Assembly (NCBI GenBank): GCA_002495645.1
Contig: DAGF01000067.1
Location: 1 to 52,136, forward strand
Length of the DNA stretch: 52,136 nt
Origin: Euryarchaeota archaeon UBA549
GTDB lineage: Archaea > Thermoplasmatota > Poseidoniia > Poseidoniales > Poseidoniaceae
Direction: 5' to 3'
Part shown: positions 50,809 to 52,136 of the stretch, piece by piece
Layout of the letters: every line of letters begins with the position of its first letter
How positions within the stretch are numbered: position 1 is the first letter of the stretch
Position numbers and translations under genes: made by a program
Notes under the pieces: model-generated
Seen by the model: only the letters and a program-made list of their open reading frames with translations
What the model was told of the DNA's origin: nothing
Databases searched by the model: none

Positions 50809-52136
50809 ATGGATGAAACCATGGAATTGGCCGATTATGTTCTCACCATTGCCCTTGGGGGAGCCTTCCTTCTCGGTTTGATGTTCATCGTCATGCGCCG
50901 AGAAGCGCAAGTCAATCTTCAGAGTGGCATGAGTGCAGAGGGCTTGTTGCAACAGCAATCTGGAATGGGCTTTGGCAAGGCGAAGAAGAACCTTGACCGC
51001 AAGTTGGCGACCATTCAAGACCTTCTCCGACAGCAAAACCAAGGCGACCGGCAACTCGCAGAGGAGCGGTTTAACCGCCGCCGGCAAGAACAAGCTAGTG
51101 CCGAGGAAGAGGCTCGCCGTCAGCGTGAATTGTTGGAAGAGCAGCGCCAGTCTGAACTTGAAGAGGCTCGCCTCCGCGAGGAGGAAGAAGCTGCTCGAAG
51201 AGCCGCTGAACGTGATGAGGAAGAGGCTCGCCTTGCGGAGGAGCAAGAAGCAGCCCGTCAATCCGATTTGGCAGCCGCTGAGGAAGAACGCCTCTCCGAA
51301 ATAGAAGCTGCTCGGCAGCAAGAAATGCTGGAATCCAGAGAAGCGGCCCAACGCGCCATGTCCGAACTTCGCGCTCGGTTGGAGCGTGAAGGGGCCCAAT
51401 CTTCGGACGTGCAGATTTCGCTGATGTGGAACAACTACAACGATTTGGACCTCCATGTCGTCAGTCCATCCGGTGAACGCATCCACGGTGGCAACAAGAA
51501 ATCCGCTTGCGGCGGTGAACTTGACGTTGACGCGAACGTGCGAGCAGAGACTCGCAAACCGGTCGAAAACGTGTTTTGGGAAGAAGGAAAGGCACCCGCA
51601 GGGCGATATCAAGTGTACGTTCACTACTACAAGAAGCACAAAAAGCGACGCAGCAAGGACCCCACCAAGTTCCAGGTCATCATCAACGAAGGTGGCGACC
51701 CACGAGAATACAACGGTGAACTCTCGATGGGCGACCCCATCATGCTGGTTGCAGAATTCAACCTTCCATCCCCCGAAGAGCGAGCCGCTCGTCGAGCAGC
51801 CTTGGAGGAGGAACTCCGCGCTGCCGGCATGGATGTTCCGGAGGCCGCAGCGGCCATTTCGGAAGTTGAGGAAACCCGTCAAGCGGAGATGGAGGCTGCT
51901 GAAGCAGAGCGCCTCGCTGAGATTGAAGCGGCCCGAGAGCAAGAGGTGCTTGAGGCTCAAGCGGCAGCTCAACGCGCCATGTCCGAACTTCAAGCACGTT
52001 TGGAGCGAGAAGGCGCCCAGTCGTCAGATGTGCAGATCTCTTTGATGTGGAACAACTACAACGACCTGGATTTGCACGTCGTGTGTCCATCCGGAGAACG
52101 CATCCACGGGGGCAACAAGAAATCCGCTTGCGGCGG
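50809..52136 (+). CDS. membrane-anchored coiled-coil protein with tandem DLDLHV-type (DUF2135/YfaP-like) modules; 3' end lies outside the window
   Basis: The frame is open from ATG 50809 to the window edge (442 codons plus 2 nt), so it is absent from the ORF track. MDETMELADYVLTIALGGAFLLGLMFIVMRRE supplies one TM, followed by ~190 aa of E/R/A/Q-rich sequence. A ~125-aa module comes next: DVQISLMWNNYNDLDLHVVSPSGERIHGGNKKSACGGELDVDANV...PVENVFWEEGKAPAGRYQVYVHYYKKH...LVAEFNLP. A second charged spacer and the start of a near-identical second module follow. Confidence 0.8.
   Translation, partial: MDETMELADYVLTIALGGAFLLGLMFIVMRREAQVNLQSGMSAEGLLQQQSGMGFGKAKKNLDRKLATIQDLLRQQNQGDRQLAEERFNRRRQEQASAEEEARRQRELLEEQRQSELEEARLREEEEAARRAAERDEEEARLAEEQEAARQSDLAAAEEERLSEIEAARQQEMLESREAAQRAMSELRARLEREGAQSSDVQISLMWNNYNDLDLHVVSPSGERIHGGNKKSACGGELDVDANVRAETRKPVENVFWEEGKAPAGRYQVYVHYYKKHKKRRSKDPTKFQVIINEGGDPREYNGELSMGDPIMLVAEFNLPSPEERAARRAALEEELRAAGMDVPEAAAAISEVEETRQAEMEAAEAERLAEIEAAREQEVLEAQAAAQRAMSELQARLEREGAQSSDVQISLMWNNYNDLDLHVVCPSGERIHGGNKKSACG
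51271..52136 (+). repeat. 621-bp direct tandem duplication inside the 50809+ gene (copy 1 at 51271-51891; copy 2 at 51892 to the window edge)
   Basis: Both copies encode AAE(E/A)ERL(S/A)EIEAAR(Q/E)QE...AAQRAMSEL(R/Q)ARLEREGAQSSDVQISLMWNNYNDLDLHVV(S/C)PSGERIHGGNKKSACGG. Where both copies are visible (51271-51515 vs 51892-52136), the nucleotides differ mostly at third codon positions. Confidence 0.85.

Noticed and set aside
50716-51993. A 425-aa minus-strand ORF, the longest ORF the track lists in this region.
   Set aside because: Its translation is low-complexity L/F/S-rich sequence (LLLSGRFNLSEALCFSSLHLRL...) with no domain features. It is the antisense shadow of GAA/GAG/CGC-rich codons of the plus-strand coiled-coil gene (50809+), which gives a coherent TM, coiled-coil and repeated-module protein. 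It would also overlap the Bat-like gene's start.
1-52136. Looked for rRNA, tRNA, CRISPR arrays, transposases/integrases, prophage genes, toxin-antitoxin pairs and recognisable defence systems (restriction-modification, Cas, helicase/nuclease islands).
   Set aside because: None was found. Non-coding gaps are all under 190 nt, with no cloverleaf-like or repeat-spacer structure. No ORF shows nuclease/helicase/integrase/transposase motifs. A covariance-model scan (tRNAscan-SE, Infernal/Rfam) would be the decisive check.

Overview
This is a gene-dense chromosomal segment. I count 46 protein-coding genes and recognise no rRNA, tRNA, CRISPR array, transposase, integrase or defence gene. All family calls come from reading the translated ORFs against remembered motifs; no searches were run. 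The backbone looks archaeal: RibL-type FAD synthetase, the AroA'/AroB' (ADH synthase / DHQ synthase II) shikimate entry route, a GHMP-type shikimate kinase and a Bat/HTH_10-type regulator. Several typically bacterial genes are mixed in: gpsA, orn, two-barrel riboflavin synthase, PQQ sugar dehydrogenase and a fused 2-oxoacid dehydrogenase E1. That mix fits a marine planktonic euryarchaeon of the Marine Group II / Poseidoniales type, but this is inference only. Content in order: phnE-like 3' fragment; gpsA; endonuclease-IV-like gene with an unusual tail; ribB-ribL-ribE-ribH; a PhnD-like binding protein with a PQQ dehydrogenase; a large phosphoethanolamine-transferase-like membrane protein; trxB with an E1-like MoeB/UbaA-rhodanese gene; an atypical receiver protein; an MFS transporter; fused E1 alpha/beta; aquaporin; a Ca/cation antiporter; acyl-CoA dehydrogenase; mocA-xdhC. 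A roughly 8.6-kb envelope block follows: orn, a 1374-aa protein with about 35 TM segments, an S8 protease, a thioredoxin-like lipoprotein and a TSP3-repeat protein. It separates mocA-xdhC from the coxS/L/M-type molybdenum hydroxylase genes. After those come a CARDB-like surface protein, a four-gene MoxR/DUF58 module, and an operon of Bat-like regulator, aroA', aroB', aroK, aroC and aspartate kinase. The most unusual items are these: (1) an open-ended gene at 50809-52136, missing from the ORF track, encoding a TM anchor, long coiled coils and tandem DLDLHV-type modules; (2) the giant polytopic membrane protein; (3) the eukaryote-like GPI-EtNP-transferase architecture at 7700-10375; (4) the MoxR module with a Pro/Ala-repeat N-terminus; (5) several degenerate catalytic motifs, namely receiver Asp to Glu, TPP GDG to GEG, and thioredoxin CxxC to CxxxC.
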